Under the pieces are notes generated by a model. That model worked only from the letters and a program-made list of their open reading frames with translations, made no database searches and was not told the DNA's origin. Positions 1 to 7,266 of a DNA stretch of 32,000 nucleotides are shown here, piece by piece. Origin of the DNA: an uncultured Actinomycetes bacterium (GTDB lineage: Bacteria; Actinomycetota; Actinomycetes; S36-B12; CAIYMF01). The stretch's first letter is position 1. Each line of letters starts with the position of its first letter. The stretch spans positions 1,200,001-1,232,000 of the forward strand of contig CAWJMG010000001.1 in the NCBI GenBank assembly GCA_963843975.1, written 5' to 3'. The translations under genes were made by a program, and so were the position numbers.

Positions 1-161
1 AGGACGACGTGGTCTCGCTCGGGCGAGGCGGCGAGCCTGGCGAGGAACCCGTCCAGGGCGTGGAATGTGTAGAGCTCCTGCGGCGACCGTCCGGCGCGGG
101 GCGCAAGATTGCGCAGGTCGTTGAACGCGGCCCCCGACGGCGTCGATCGGGGCACGGTCAC
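1..161 (-). CDS. abiEii: AbiEii/AbiGii-family nucleotidyltransferase toxin (type IV TA), N-terminal fragment. The gene runs off the left edge.
   Basis: Own minus-strand translation from GTG at 161 (GTGA overlap with the upstream stop at 158-160): VTVPRSTPSGAAFNDLRNLAPRAGRSPQELYTFHALDGFLARLAASPERDHVVL... This resembles the conserved AbiEii N-terminus just before the LKGG motif. It is absent from the ORF track because there is no in-window stop. Confidence 0.6.
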   Translation of the reverse strand, partial: MTVPRSTPSGAAFNDLRNLAPRAGRSPQELYTFHALDGFLARLAASPERDHVV

Positions 162-761
162 AGCAGGATCTCCAGCGCCGACCGGATGGGTGCCTCGGCC
201 CGGGGGAACCGGGACGCCAGAGCGAGCAGCTGCGATGGCTGGGCCCCGGGCCGCGCGAGCCATCGGCGCAGCGCCTCGTTGCCGAGCTCGGGCCCCTCCA
301 GCCGGCGGAGCCGGAACGCGTCGACGATGCAGCGCTGCGCAGAGTAGAGCCCGATGGAGTGTCCGTCGCCGAGCCTCGAGGTGCTCTCGTCCGAGGTCGA
401 AGGTGGCGGCAGCGAACCGGTGCCACGCGATGGGGATCGCCAGGCTGGGTGGACGGGTGCCGGCGGGCAGTGCGATGTGCAGTCGAGAAGGGATGTCGTC
501 GGACAGGCCGTGGCGCGACAGCGCTGATCGCAGGCAGATGGTTGCCGCGGCCGCGCGTACCGAGATCGTGAGCAGGTCGGGGTCGGCCGGCGCGTCGGTC
601 GCCTTGGCGTACCAGCCCCGGCCCGCGAGCTCGAGCAGGCCCTCCCCCCGCAAGCTCTCCAGCGCCCAGTCGCTGACACCCAGGTCCAAGGCCTGGCCGC
701 GCGAGAACGACGGGGGGAGCAGATCGAGCCACTCGCTCCGGGGGGTAGCCGGTCGGGCCAT
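158..761 (-). pseudogene. abiEi: AbiEi-family antitoxin (type IV TA) with an apparent 1-nt frameshift near 372-384.
   Basis: ATG at 761 is preceded by GGGGAGGAG. The N-terminal frame reads MARPATPRSEWLDLLPPSFSRGQALDLGVSDWALESLRGEGLLELAGRGWYAK...ALSRHGLSDDIPSRLHIALPAGTRPP...WHRFAAATFDLGREHLE. The AbiEi-like C-terminus (LGDGHSIGLYSAQRCIVDAFRLRRLEGPELGNEALRRWLARPGAQPSQLLALASRF...ALEILL*) lies in the neighbouring frame, which is the tail of track ORF 158..814. Removing one G from CTCGAGGCTCGGC would restore ...EHLELGDGHS... Confidence 0.6.
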
Positions 762-788
762 GACCTGGTCGCTCCTCCCCTTTGTCTG

Positions 789-812
789 GAAACCGTATCA
801 CTGAGAGGTTTC
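789..812. promoter_or_regulatory. Inverted repeat GAAACC-N12-GGTTTC in the AT-richer abiEi / UPF0158 divergent intergenic region. Candidate AbiEi autoregulatory operator.
   Basis: GAAACC at 789-794 and GGTTTC at 807-812, about 30-50 nt upstream of the abiEi ATG (761). AbiEi antitoxins are known to autorepress through promoter inverted repeats. Confidence 0.3.
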
Positions 813-880
813 ACAATAACACTTCCTCAAGTAATGTGCGAGGCATTGCCCCCGTGGATCGGACGGGCAAGGCTGCGCAC

Positions 881-1966
881 ATGGAAGACCGGGACGCCGT
901 CGATGCAGTGCAGCGGCGGATGCAGCCGGCTGCGTTCCGCGCGGACCTGGCAGGCAGCGTCGCTGCGATACCCGACGCGATCGACGCTGGGCTGCTCCAC
1001 GCCGCCGTCCCGGTGGCGATCGTCGCGCTGCGGCAGGAGCGGGCCGCGGTAGGCCTTGAGCGCCTTGGCGACCTCGACCTCAACCGGCTCGGCGACGCTC
1101 TGACAGCCCGGGGCTGGGACGGCGACGACGTCGCCGTCGAGGCCCTGCAGGCCGCACGGTCGGGCACGCCGACCGGCCGCATCGAGATCCCCGCCGACCT
1201 CGAGATGCTCGGCGACGTCCTGAACCAGCAGCTCGGCGGCTACCTCGAACGCGCCACCGGGGAGGCGTGGCCGGCGTCGGTGTTCGAGGACGGCGCGCTC
1301 GAGGACGACGGCGACCCGGACGAGGACACCGACCGGTGGATGTACGTGCCCGGCGACTCCCGCGACGCCTGGCAGGACATGGCCGACTTCGCCGCCCACG
1401 CGCCCGACCCCCACGTCCGCGAGCTCCTCGAGCTCGCCATCGAGGGTCGCGGCGCGTTCAGCCGCTTCAAGTCCGCACTCGACCGGCACCCGACGTACTG
1501 GACCGACTGGCACGTCTGGTCCAGCGAGCGGGCCATCGGACGCGCCCGGAGCTGGCTCGCGTCCGAGGGCTACGACCCGCTCCCCTGCGCTCACCCAGGC
1601 GCGGACTCTTCTGGCTCCAAGAAGCGGCGACGCCGGCAACATCCCTTGTCGCACGGTCGCGCGGCCGTCCCAGGCGTACGACACGGCACCATCCGGCACG
1701 CCGCAGGGGACCACCGAGCGAGCAGCAGCCCCGGCCCCCCTACGCCCCGCAGAGGACACCCTCGCGGGCCCGACGCCGTCATATGCATCTCGTGCTCGCT
1801 CAGCCGCGGGTCCTCGATCACGGCACACACTGGTATCTGGAAACCCATTGCGGAGCGCACGAGGATGCGCCGCCGACACCCACACCGTCGACCGGGGCCA
1901 GCAGCCGCGGCAGCGACCTCGGCTCCAAGCAGGCGGTCGCCTGCTGCGGCATGCGAATCTGCCTGA
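881..1966 (+). CDS. UPF0158-family protein. The conserved part ends near 1580; the last ~125 codons are doubtful.
   Basis: ...DRWMYVPGDSRDAWQDMADFAAHAPDPHVRELLELAIEGRGAFSRFKSALDRHPTYWTDWHVWSSERAIGRARSWLASEGYDP matches the UPF0158 hallmark (GxGAFRRFK..L). ATG at 881 is in frame with track ORF 782..1966 (alternative GTG at 854). The tail after about 1580 is R/P/S/A-rich and lacks clear codon periodicity. Confidence 0.6.
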   Translation: MEDRDAVDAVQRRMQPAAFRADLAGSVAAIPDAIDAGLLHAAVPVAIVALRQERAAVGLERLGDLDLNRLGDALTARGWDGDDVAVEALQAARSGTPTGRIEIPADLEMLGDVLNQQLGGYLERATGEAWPASVFEDGALEDDGDPDEDTDRWMYVPGDSRDAWQDMADFAAHAPDPHVRELLELAIEGRGAFSRFKSALDRHPTYWTDWHVWSSERAIGRARSWLASEGYDPLPCAHPGADSSGSKKRRRRQHPLSHGRAAVPGVRHGTIRHAAGDHRASSSPGPPTPRRGHPRGPDAVICISCSLSRGSSITAHTGIWKPIAERTRMRRRHPHRRPGPAAAAATSAPSRRSPAAACESA

Positions 1967-2031
1967 CGTTGCCCGCCGTCGCATCGGCGGTGCCGCCGCC
2001 GAAGCGACGTGCAGCGCCCGTCAGCACCACG

Positions 2032-2098
2032 GTCAGCACTGTCACCGCGACCGTCACTTAGCAGTTCTGACTGTCAGCACTGTCACGGCGTCCGTCAC
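2032..2098. repeat. Two 26-bp direct repeats 41 bp apart, upstream of xis. Candidate recombination-directionality or repressor binding sites.
   Basis: 2032-2057 GTCAGCACTGTCACCGCGACCGTCAC and 2073-2098 GTCAGCACTGTCACGGCGTCCGTCAC are identical at 24 of 26 positions. A third GTCAGCAC sits at 2020-2027. The 11-bp palindrome CTGACTGTCAG spans 2067-2077. Confidence 0.7.
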
Positions 2099-2179
2099 CG
2101 GCGCCCGTGCGCTGACGAGCGCTCGAGCTGCACACCTCTCCCTGTCAGTTCGGTTCCTATCGGCGCCAGGGAGTCACCC

Positions 2180-2428
2180 ATGTCCATCGCGGCCAAGTCG
2201 AGGCACGTCTCGATGCCCACGGGCAACGACGTCACCGAGCTCCTCGACGTCGCCGCAGCGGCGGCCCTGCTCGGCACACCACCGCGGTTCGTGCGCCGAC
2301 TCATCGCCGAGCGCCGCATTCGCTTCTACAAGCTCGGCCGGTACGTGCGGATCGACCGGACAGACGTCGATGCGTTCATCGCGGCGAGCCGCGTGGAGGC
2401 GGCGCTCATCCGCCCGCGCCGCGCCTGA
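2180..2428 (+). CDS. xis: Excisionase-family helix-turn-helix DNA-binding protein (MerR-type HTH_17).
   Basis: MSIAAKSRHVSMPTGNDVTELLDVAAAAALLGTPPRFVRRLIAERRIRFYKLGRYVRIDRTDVDAFIAAS... ATG at 2180 with AGGGAG at 2168-2173. It lies directly upstream of the integrase. Confidence 0.8.
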   Translation: MSIAAKSRHVSMPTGNDVTELLDVAAAAALLGTPPRFVRRLIAERRIRFYKLGRYVRIDRTDVDAFIAASRVEAALIRPRRA

Positions 2429-2450
2429 CACCGGCCCAGGCACCTCACTG

Positions 2451-3566
2451 ATGAGCAAGCGAGAGTTCGGATCCGTCCGCAAGCTTCCGTCGGGCCGCTG
2501 GCAGGCCCGATACCTGGCCGAGGACGGCACCCCGCGCACGGCACCCACCACCTTTTCCACCCGCGTCGACGCCGCCGCCTACCTCGCAGGCGTCGCAACC
2601 GACATGCGCCGCGGCCTGTGGACCGACCCGCACAACCCCGACATGCCCCGCCTGCGCGAGTACGCGGACGTGTGGCTGGCCCAGCGCACCGTCCGAGGCC
2701 GCCCGCTCGCTCCTCGCACCCTCGACACGTACCGACACAGCCTCAACGCCTGGATCGCCCCGACCCTCGGCGACGCCCTGCTGACCGACATCACCCCGAG
2801 CCTCGTGCGCCGTTGGCATCAGACGGTGATGTCCAGCACCGGCCCCACCGCGACCCGCCAGGCCTATGCCCTTCTGCGCGCCATCCTCAACACCGCCGTC
2901 GCCGACGAGCTCATCCTGCGCAACCCGTGCCAGATCCGCGGAGCCGGTCAGCCCAATTCCCCCGAGCGCCCGCTGCTGTCGCTCGAGGACGCCGAACGCC
3001 TCGCCGCACAGATGCCCGCCAACCTGCAGCCCCTCGTGCACCTCGCCTACTGGGCGCACGGCCGCCTCGGCGAGCTCCTCGCCCTCCGCGTCGGTGACGT
3101 CGATCTCAAGCGTGGCACGCTGCGCATCGAACGCCAGGTCATCGAGGTCGACCACGTCGGCACTCGCGTCACTGCTCCCAAGGTCGGCAGCCGCCGCACC
3201 GTGCACCTTCCCGAGCCAGCGCTCGACACCCTGCGCGACCTGCTCGCGGCACGGCCCGCCGAACCGGACGCGACCCTGTTCGTCCGGCCCGACGGCACCG
3301 AGCTGCGCGCACATCACGTGCACGCCGCCTGGGCGAAAGCCCGCAGCGCCGCGGGTCTGGACGGCGTCCACTTCCACGACCTCCGCCACGCCGGCCTCAC
3401 CCTGTCCGCACAAGCTGGCGCCACCCTCGCCGAGGTGATGCGCCGCGCCGGCCACGCCTCACCAGCAGCAGCCATGCGTTACCAGCACGCCGCCGACGAA
3501 CGCGACGCCGTCGTCGCACGCCGCATGACCGCCCACGTCCGCTTGCCAGAGGTGCCGGGCCGCTAG
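2451..3566 (+). CDS. int: Tyrosine-type site-specific integrase (phage integrase family).
   Basis: MSKREFGSVRKLPSGRWQARYLAEDGTPRTAPTTFSTRVDAAAYLAGVATDMRRGLWTDP... is the N-terminal SAM-like domain. The C-terminal catalytic region reads ...HFHDLRHAGLTLSAQAGATLAEVMRRAGHASPAAAMRYQH (HxxR ... Y). ATG at 2451 is in frame with track ORF 1848..3566. Confidence 0.9.
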   Translation: MSKREFGSVRKLPSGRWQARYLAEDGTPRTAPTTFSTRVDAAAYLAGVATDMRRGLWTDPHNPDMPRLREYADVWLAQRTVRGRPLAPRTLDTYRHSLNAWIAPTLGDALLTDITPSLVRRWHQTVMSSTGPTATRQAYALLRAILNTAVADELILRNPCQIRGAGQPNSPERPLLSLEDAERLAAQMPANLQPLVHLAYWAHGRLGELLALRVGDVDLKRGTLRIERQVIEVDHVGTRVTAPKVGSRRTVHLPEPALDTLRDLLAARPAEPDATLFVRPDGTELRAHHVHAAWAKARSAAGLDGVHFHDLRHAGLTLSAQAGATLAEVMRRAGHASPAAAMRYQHAADERDAVVARRMTAHVRLPEVPGR

Positions 3567-3633
3567 CTAGTCCGCTCGAAGCGGTCCAGCGTCGGTTCCG
3601 TCTGCCGCATGACGGCTGCGGCATGCTGGACTC

Positions 3634-4008
3634 ATGGAAACGACGGGGGATATGAAGGGCACGCGCCGGCCGTGGCAGCGCGGTGCACTGATCGCTCTGG
3701 TCGCGGCGTACGCCCTCTGCCTCATCACGACGGTGCTAGCCGCGTTCGTCGTGGTCAACGCGGCGGAGGACACCTGCGCGCTGACCGAAGACGGCTGGGG
3801 CCGGTTCGGAGAAGACACCTGGTCGTGGCTCCCCCTCGGCCAGACGTGCACGTACGAACTGCCATTCACCGACACTGACGGAAGCACGACGGTCGTCCGA
3901 CACATCGACCCACCGTCGCCCTTCGTCACGACGACCGTGGTCCTTCTGGTGGTGGCACCGGCGGCCGGGGCACTCGGATGGGCACTCCGAGGTCGCTCCT
4001 CCAACTAA
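3634..4008 (+). CDS. Small hypothetical membrane protein with two predicted TM helices (island cargo).
   Basis: Hydrophobic segments ALIALVAAYALCLITTVLAAFVVV and VTTTVVLLVVAPAAGALGWAL. Third-position GC bias is good but somewhat relaxed (GAA, GGA, CCA, CGA codons). I recognise no family. An alternative start is ATG at 3652. Confidence 0.55.
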   Translation: METTGDMKGTRRPWQRGALIALVAAYALCLITTVLAAFVVVNAAEDTCALTEDGWGRFGEDTWSWLPLGQTCTYELPFTDTDGSTTVVRHIDPPSPFVTTTVVLLVVAPAAGALGWALRGRSSN

Positions 4009-4058
4009 GCCACCGGTGGAGCTGCTCGAGACACGAAAGGGCCGTGGCGCACCCGTAC

Positions 4059-4127
4059 ATCTGGCACGGATCTGGCACGAAACGGGAAATGATCTTGGTC
4101 GAGACGCGTCGCTGGCGACCGCTGGCG
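4059..4127. repeat. Two pairs of tandem 10-11-bp direct repeats in the arm between island cargo and the tRNA 3' end. Candidate arm-type Int/Xis sites.
   Basis: ATCTGGCACG at 4059-4068 and again at 4070-4079 (11-bp period). CGCTGGCG at 4110-4117 and again at 4120-4127 (10-bp period). Confidence 0.5.
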
Positions 4128-4149
4128 CGTAAAGCCGCAGGTCAGAGGG

Positions 4150-4234
4150 CGGAGGGCGAGGGATTCGAACCCTCGGGGTATCGCTACCCAGCGGTTTTCA
4201 AGACCGCCGCACTCGGCCACTATGCGAGCCCTCC
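4150..4234 (-). tRNA. tRNA-Ser (anticodon UGA), class II with a long variable arm. No encoded CCA.
   Basis: Minus strand: GGAGGGC-TC-GCA(TAGTGGCCGAG)TGC-G-GCGGT(CTTGAAA)ACCGC-TGGGTAGCGATACCCC-GAGGG(TTCGAAT)CCCTC-GCCCTCC-G. The acceptor stem has 7 perfect base pairs. The T-loop is TTCGAAT and the anticodon loop is CT-TGA-AA. Confidence 0.9.
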
Positions 4235-4462
4235 TGGTGCTCTCCCGCTACGGCGTCACGCCGTTGCCTCGGGACCTGCCGCTGACGCCGCCAGCCCGGA
4301 TCGTGGAGAGCACTGGCGGCCAGTCTCCCAGGGACGGTCGGCCGCCACCAAGCCGCCCGACCAAGCCATCCAGCGGGCCGTCGGCGCACGGCAGCGCGGG
4401 ATGGCGCTCCGTCGCCACCGGGTAGCGTGCGGGCGCATGAGCGGCGACCTCGGCACGCGCGC

Positions 4463-4858
4463 ATGACGTCTGCGGAAGGCTGCGCCTGCGGCTGGGGTGC
4501 GCCGTACGACGAGTGCTGCGGGCGCCTGCACCGCGGCGATCCGGCGCCGACGGCCGAGGCGCTCATGCGAAGCCGCTACACCGCCTTCGCCGTCGGTGAC
4601 GACACGTACCTCTCCCGCACCTGGCACAGCTCCACGCGACCCCGCGCGTTGTCGCTCGACCCGTCGCGGCGGTGGGTCGGCCTGCACGTGCTCGGCGCGA
4701 CGGGTGGCGGACTGCTCGACACCGACGGCGAGGTGGAGTTCGTGGCGCGATGGGAGGCCGCCGACGGCAGTCGCGGCCGACAGCACGAGCGCAGCCGCTT
4801 CGTCCGGGAGCAGGGCCGGTGGGTCTACCTCGACGCGCTGCCCGACGCTCCCGCCTGA
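4463..4858 (+). CDS. ychJ: YchJ-family protein (UPF0225, SEC-C-like Cys motif).
   Basis: MTSAEGCACGWGAPYDECCGRLHRGDPAPTAEALMRSRYTAFAVGDDTYLSRTWH... ATG at 4463 is in frame with track ORF 4427..4858. Confidence 0.8.
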   Translation: MTSAEGCACGWGAPYDECCGRLHRGDPAPTAEALMRSRYTAFAVGDDTYLSRTWHSSTRPRALSLDPSRRWVGLHVLGATGGGLLDTDGEVEFVARWEAADGSRGRQHERSRFVREQGRWVYLDALPDAPA

Positions 4859-4891
4859 CGCTCGCCGCGGCCGATCCGCAGGCTGACCGAG

Positions 4892-4926
4892 AGCGGCTCT
4901 GGTCGGCCCACCTGGGCCGAGCCGCT
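4892..4926 (+). terminator. Nested GC-rich hairpin between ychJ and adhC. Possible terminator or attenuator without a clear U-tract.
   Basis: AGCGGCTC (4892-4899) pairs with GAGCCGCT (4919-4926). The inner pair is GGCCCA (4905-4910) with TGGGCC (4913-4918). The hairpin ends 14 nt before the adhC ATG. Confidence 0.35.
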
Positions 4927-4939
4927 TAGAGTCGGGCGC

Positions 4940-5983
4940 ATGAGTCTTGTCGCTGCCTATGCCACCGCCGGTCCGCGGGTTCCGTTCGAGCGCACAATGA
5001 TCGAGCGGCGTGAGGTCGGGCCGAAGGACATCCTCATCGCGATCCAGTACGCCGGCATCTGCCACTCCGACATCCACACCGCGCGCGAGGAGTGGGGCGC
5101 GACGACGTTCCCGCTCGTGCCGGGCCACGAGATCGCGGGCGTGGTCGAGGCCGTCGGCAGCGACGTCACGAAGTACGCCGTCGGCGACCGCGTCGGTGTC
5201 GGCTGCATGGTCGACTCGTGCGGCGAGTGCCGCCACTGCCTCGCCGGCAACGAGCAGTTCTGCCGCAAGAACACGGGCACGTACGGCTCGCGCGACGCCG
5301 ACGGCAACCCGACCGCGGGCGGCTACTCCACCCACATCGTCGTGACCGAGGGCTTCGTCCTGCGCATCCCGGACGCGCTCGCGCTCGATGTCGCCGCGCC
5401 GCTGCTGTGCGCCGGCATCACGACGTACTCGCCGCTGCGCCACTGGAAGGCAGGCCCCGGCAGCCGCGTCGCGGTCGCCGGCCTCGGCGGCCTCGGCCAC
5501 ATGGGCGTGAAGATCGCCGCCGCGCTCGGTTGCGAGGTGACGGTGCTCACCCGCACCGACGCCAAGGCTGACGACGCCCGCGCGCTCGGCGCGCACCACG
5601 TGCGCGCCACCGCCGACGGCACGGCGTTCCGCGAGCTGCGCAACAGCTTCGACCTGATCCTCAACACCGTGGCCGCCGAGATCGACCTCGACGCCTACCT
5701 GCGGATGCTCGACGTCGACGGCGCGATGGTGAACGTCGGCCTCCCGGAGAACTCGCTGTCGGTCAACCTCATGTCGATCGTCGGCAACCGCCGGTCGCTC
5801 TCGGGCTCGCCGATCGGCGGCATCGCCGAGACCCAGGAGATGCTCGACTTCTGCGCCGAGCACGACCTCGGCTCGACGATCGAGACCATCGCCGCGCAGG
5901 ACATCGACGCGGCATACGAGCGCGTCGTGCACGGCGACGTCCGCTACCGCTTCGTCATCGACAACGCCACCATCACCGCCTGA
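4940..5983 (+). CDS. adhC: NADP-dependent zinc alcohol dehydrogenase (AdhC/YahK, cinnamyl-ADH family).
   Basis: Full-length collinear resemblance to mycobacterial AdhC: ...[14 protein letters not shown]...[33 protein letters not shown]...[13 protein letters not shown]...DVRYRFVID. Confidence 0.9.
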   Translation: MSLVAAYATAGPRVPFERTMIERREVGPKDILIAIQYAGICHSDIHTAREEWGATTFPLVPGHEIAGVVEAVGSDVTKYAVGDRVGVGCMVDSCGECRHCLAGNEQFCRKNTGTYGSRDADGNPTAGGYSTHIVVTEGFVLRIPDALALDVAAPLLCAGITTYSPLRHWKAGPGSRVAVAGLGGLGHMGVKIAAALGCEVTVLTRTDAKADDARALGAHHVRATADGTAFRELRNSFDLILNTVAAEIDLDAYLRMLDVDGAMVNVGLPENSLSVNLMSIVGNRRSLSGSPIGGIAETQEMLDFCAEHDLGSTIETIAAQDIDAAYERVVHGDVRYRFVIDNATITA

Positions 5984-6038
5984 CTGCCGTACGCCGCCCG
6001 GACCACTGCTCGCGATCACGGGGGTCCGGGGGGCGGCG

Positions 6039-7133
6039 GTGGCTGGGCGCGCCTACGCTCCGGCCATGCCGTTCAACGTCGAGGACCTGCTCACCACCGG
6101 CCAGCACTGGATGGCGCGGGCGAGCACGTCGCTGCCCACACCGCTCGCCACCCGCATCGGCGGCGGTGTGCAGGTGGTCGACGGACAGACCCTCGACCCG
6201 CAGCTGTCGGCACTGCTCGCCCTCGAGGCGAAGATCAACCGAGCGCCCGAGGACCTCACGCCTGCCCAGCGGCGTACGGCGCTGGCCCGCAGCGCGCGCA
6301 TCGCATCGGGGCCGCGCACGCCGATCGGCCCGGTGCGCGACCTGACCGTGCGCGGTGCCGAGGGGGTGCTGCGCGCCCGCCACTACCGGCCCGTCGGCGG
6401 CGGCGCGAGCCGCCCGCTCGTCGTCTACTTCCACGGCGGCGGCTGGGTCGTCGGCGACATCGAGAGCCACGACCAGACCTGCCGCCTCATCGCCAAGCAC
6501 GCCGACGTGCACGTGCTGTCGGTCGACTACCGCCTCGCACCGGAGCACCCGTTCCCCGCGGGTGTCGAGGACTCGCTCGCGTCGTACCGCTGGGCCGTCG
6601 AGCACGCCACCGACCTCGGTGCCGACCCAGGCCGCATCGCGGTCGCGGGTGACAGCGCGGGCGGCAACCTCGCCGCCGTCATCACCCAGCTCAGCAAGGA
6701 CGCCGGCACGCAGATGCCCTACGCGCAACTGCTCGTCTACCCGGGCGCGGACGCCGCGAAGAAGTACCCGTCCAAGGACCTCTTCGCCGAGGGCTACTTC
6801 CTCACCAAGAAGACGATGGACTGGTACCTCGACACCTACGCGCCCAACCCCGACCGCCTCGACCCGCGCCTGTCGCCGATCCACGCGAAGGACCTCACCG
6901 GTCTCCCGCCGACCGTGCTCACCACGGCCGCGTTCGACCCGCTGCGCGACGAGGGCGAGGCGTACGCCGACGCGCTCGTCGCCGCCGGAGTCACTGTCGT
7001 ACGTCGACGTGCGACCGGTCTGGTGCACGGGTACTTCGGCATGACGGGCATCCACCGGGCGAGCCTCGAGGAGAGCCTCGCGGTCATCGGTGCGTTCTCC
7101 GCCGTCCTCGAGACAGCGGCCCCCACCGCCTGA
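6039..7133 (+). CDS. Alpha/beta hydrolase, hormone-sensitive-lipase-type esterase/lipase.
   Basis: HGGGW oxyanion motif (VVYFHGGGWVVGD), nucleophile elbow GDSAGG, and ...DPLRDEGEAY... The start is uncertain: GTG at 6039 (track) or ATG at 6066. Confidence 0.85.
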   Translation: MAGRAYAPAMPFNVEDLLTTGQHWMARASTSLPTPLATRIGGGVQVVDGQTLDPQLSALLALEAKINRAPEDLTPAQRRTALARSARIASGPRTPIGPVRDLTVRGAEGVLRARHYRPVGGGASRPLVVYFHGGGWVVGDIESHDQTCRLIAKHADVHVLSVDYRLAPEHPFPAGVEDSLASYRWAVEHATDLGADPGRIAVAGDSAGGNLAAVITQLSKDAGTQMPYAQLLVYPGADAAKKYPSKDLFAEGYFLTKKTMDWYLDTYAPNPDRLDPRLSPIHAKDLTGLPPTVLTTAAFDPLRDEGEAYADALVAAGVTVVRRRATGLVHGYFGMTGIHRASLEESLAVIGAFSAVLETAAPTA

Positions 7134-7266
7134 AGCAGACCTGCCTCCGCCGAACGGTCACAGTTGGGCGACGCGTGCGGGCCCGTTCAGGCTGCAGTGA
7201 TAGGAAGCACCTGGCGCCACGGGGGTGGACGTCGCGAGGGCGGGCTGCCGCTGCTGAGGTCTCCAC

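Larger units (their letters stand above)
1..4149. mobile_element. Int-proximal part of an integrative element / genomic island inserted at the 3' end of tRNA-Ser. The far end lies left of the window.
   Basis: xis (2180-2428) and a tyrosine integrase (2451-3566) point toward the 3' end of tRNA-Ser at 4150. Cargo is typical of islands (AbiE TA module, UPF0158, small membrane protein). AT-richer intergenic patches and short tandem repeats lie in the tRNA-proximal arm. I found no second copy of the tRNA 3' segment in the window. Confidence 0.6.

Noticed and set aside
2020-2098. Whether the direct repeats upstream of xis are a mini CRISPR array.
   Set aside because: There are only two full repeats. 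The spacer is 15 nt, far too short, and there are no cas genes. The context fits recombination or regulatory sites instead.
1848-3566. Track ORFs with long 5' extensions: int from 1848, biotin carboxylase to 23144, AtuA to 19983, ACAD to 17903, hydratase to 17100.
   Set aside because: The extensions run through upstream genes in another frame and are low-complexity R/P/G-rich. Internal ATG/GTG starts coincide with family N-termini, SD sequences and 4-nt stop/start overlaps.
1-4149. A second att copy (a repeat of the tRNA-Ser 3' end, e.g. GGTTCGAATCCCTC) inside the window.
   Set aside because: Visual scanning of both strands found no other TTCGAA-containing match. The distal island boundary is therefore outside the window.
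3978-4466. 162-aa plus-strand ORF spanning the tRNA-Ser locus.
   Set aside because: It reads straight through a canonical tRNA gene on the opposite strand and has no coding periodicity.
4256-6019. 587-aa minus-strand ORF covering ychJ and adhC.
   Set aside because: It is a shadow ORF antisense to two well-supported genes. Its composition is R/A/G/D/V-rich with no recognisable motifs, which is typical of high-GC antisense frames.
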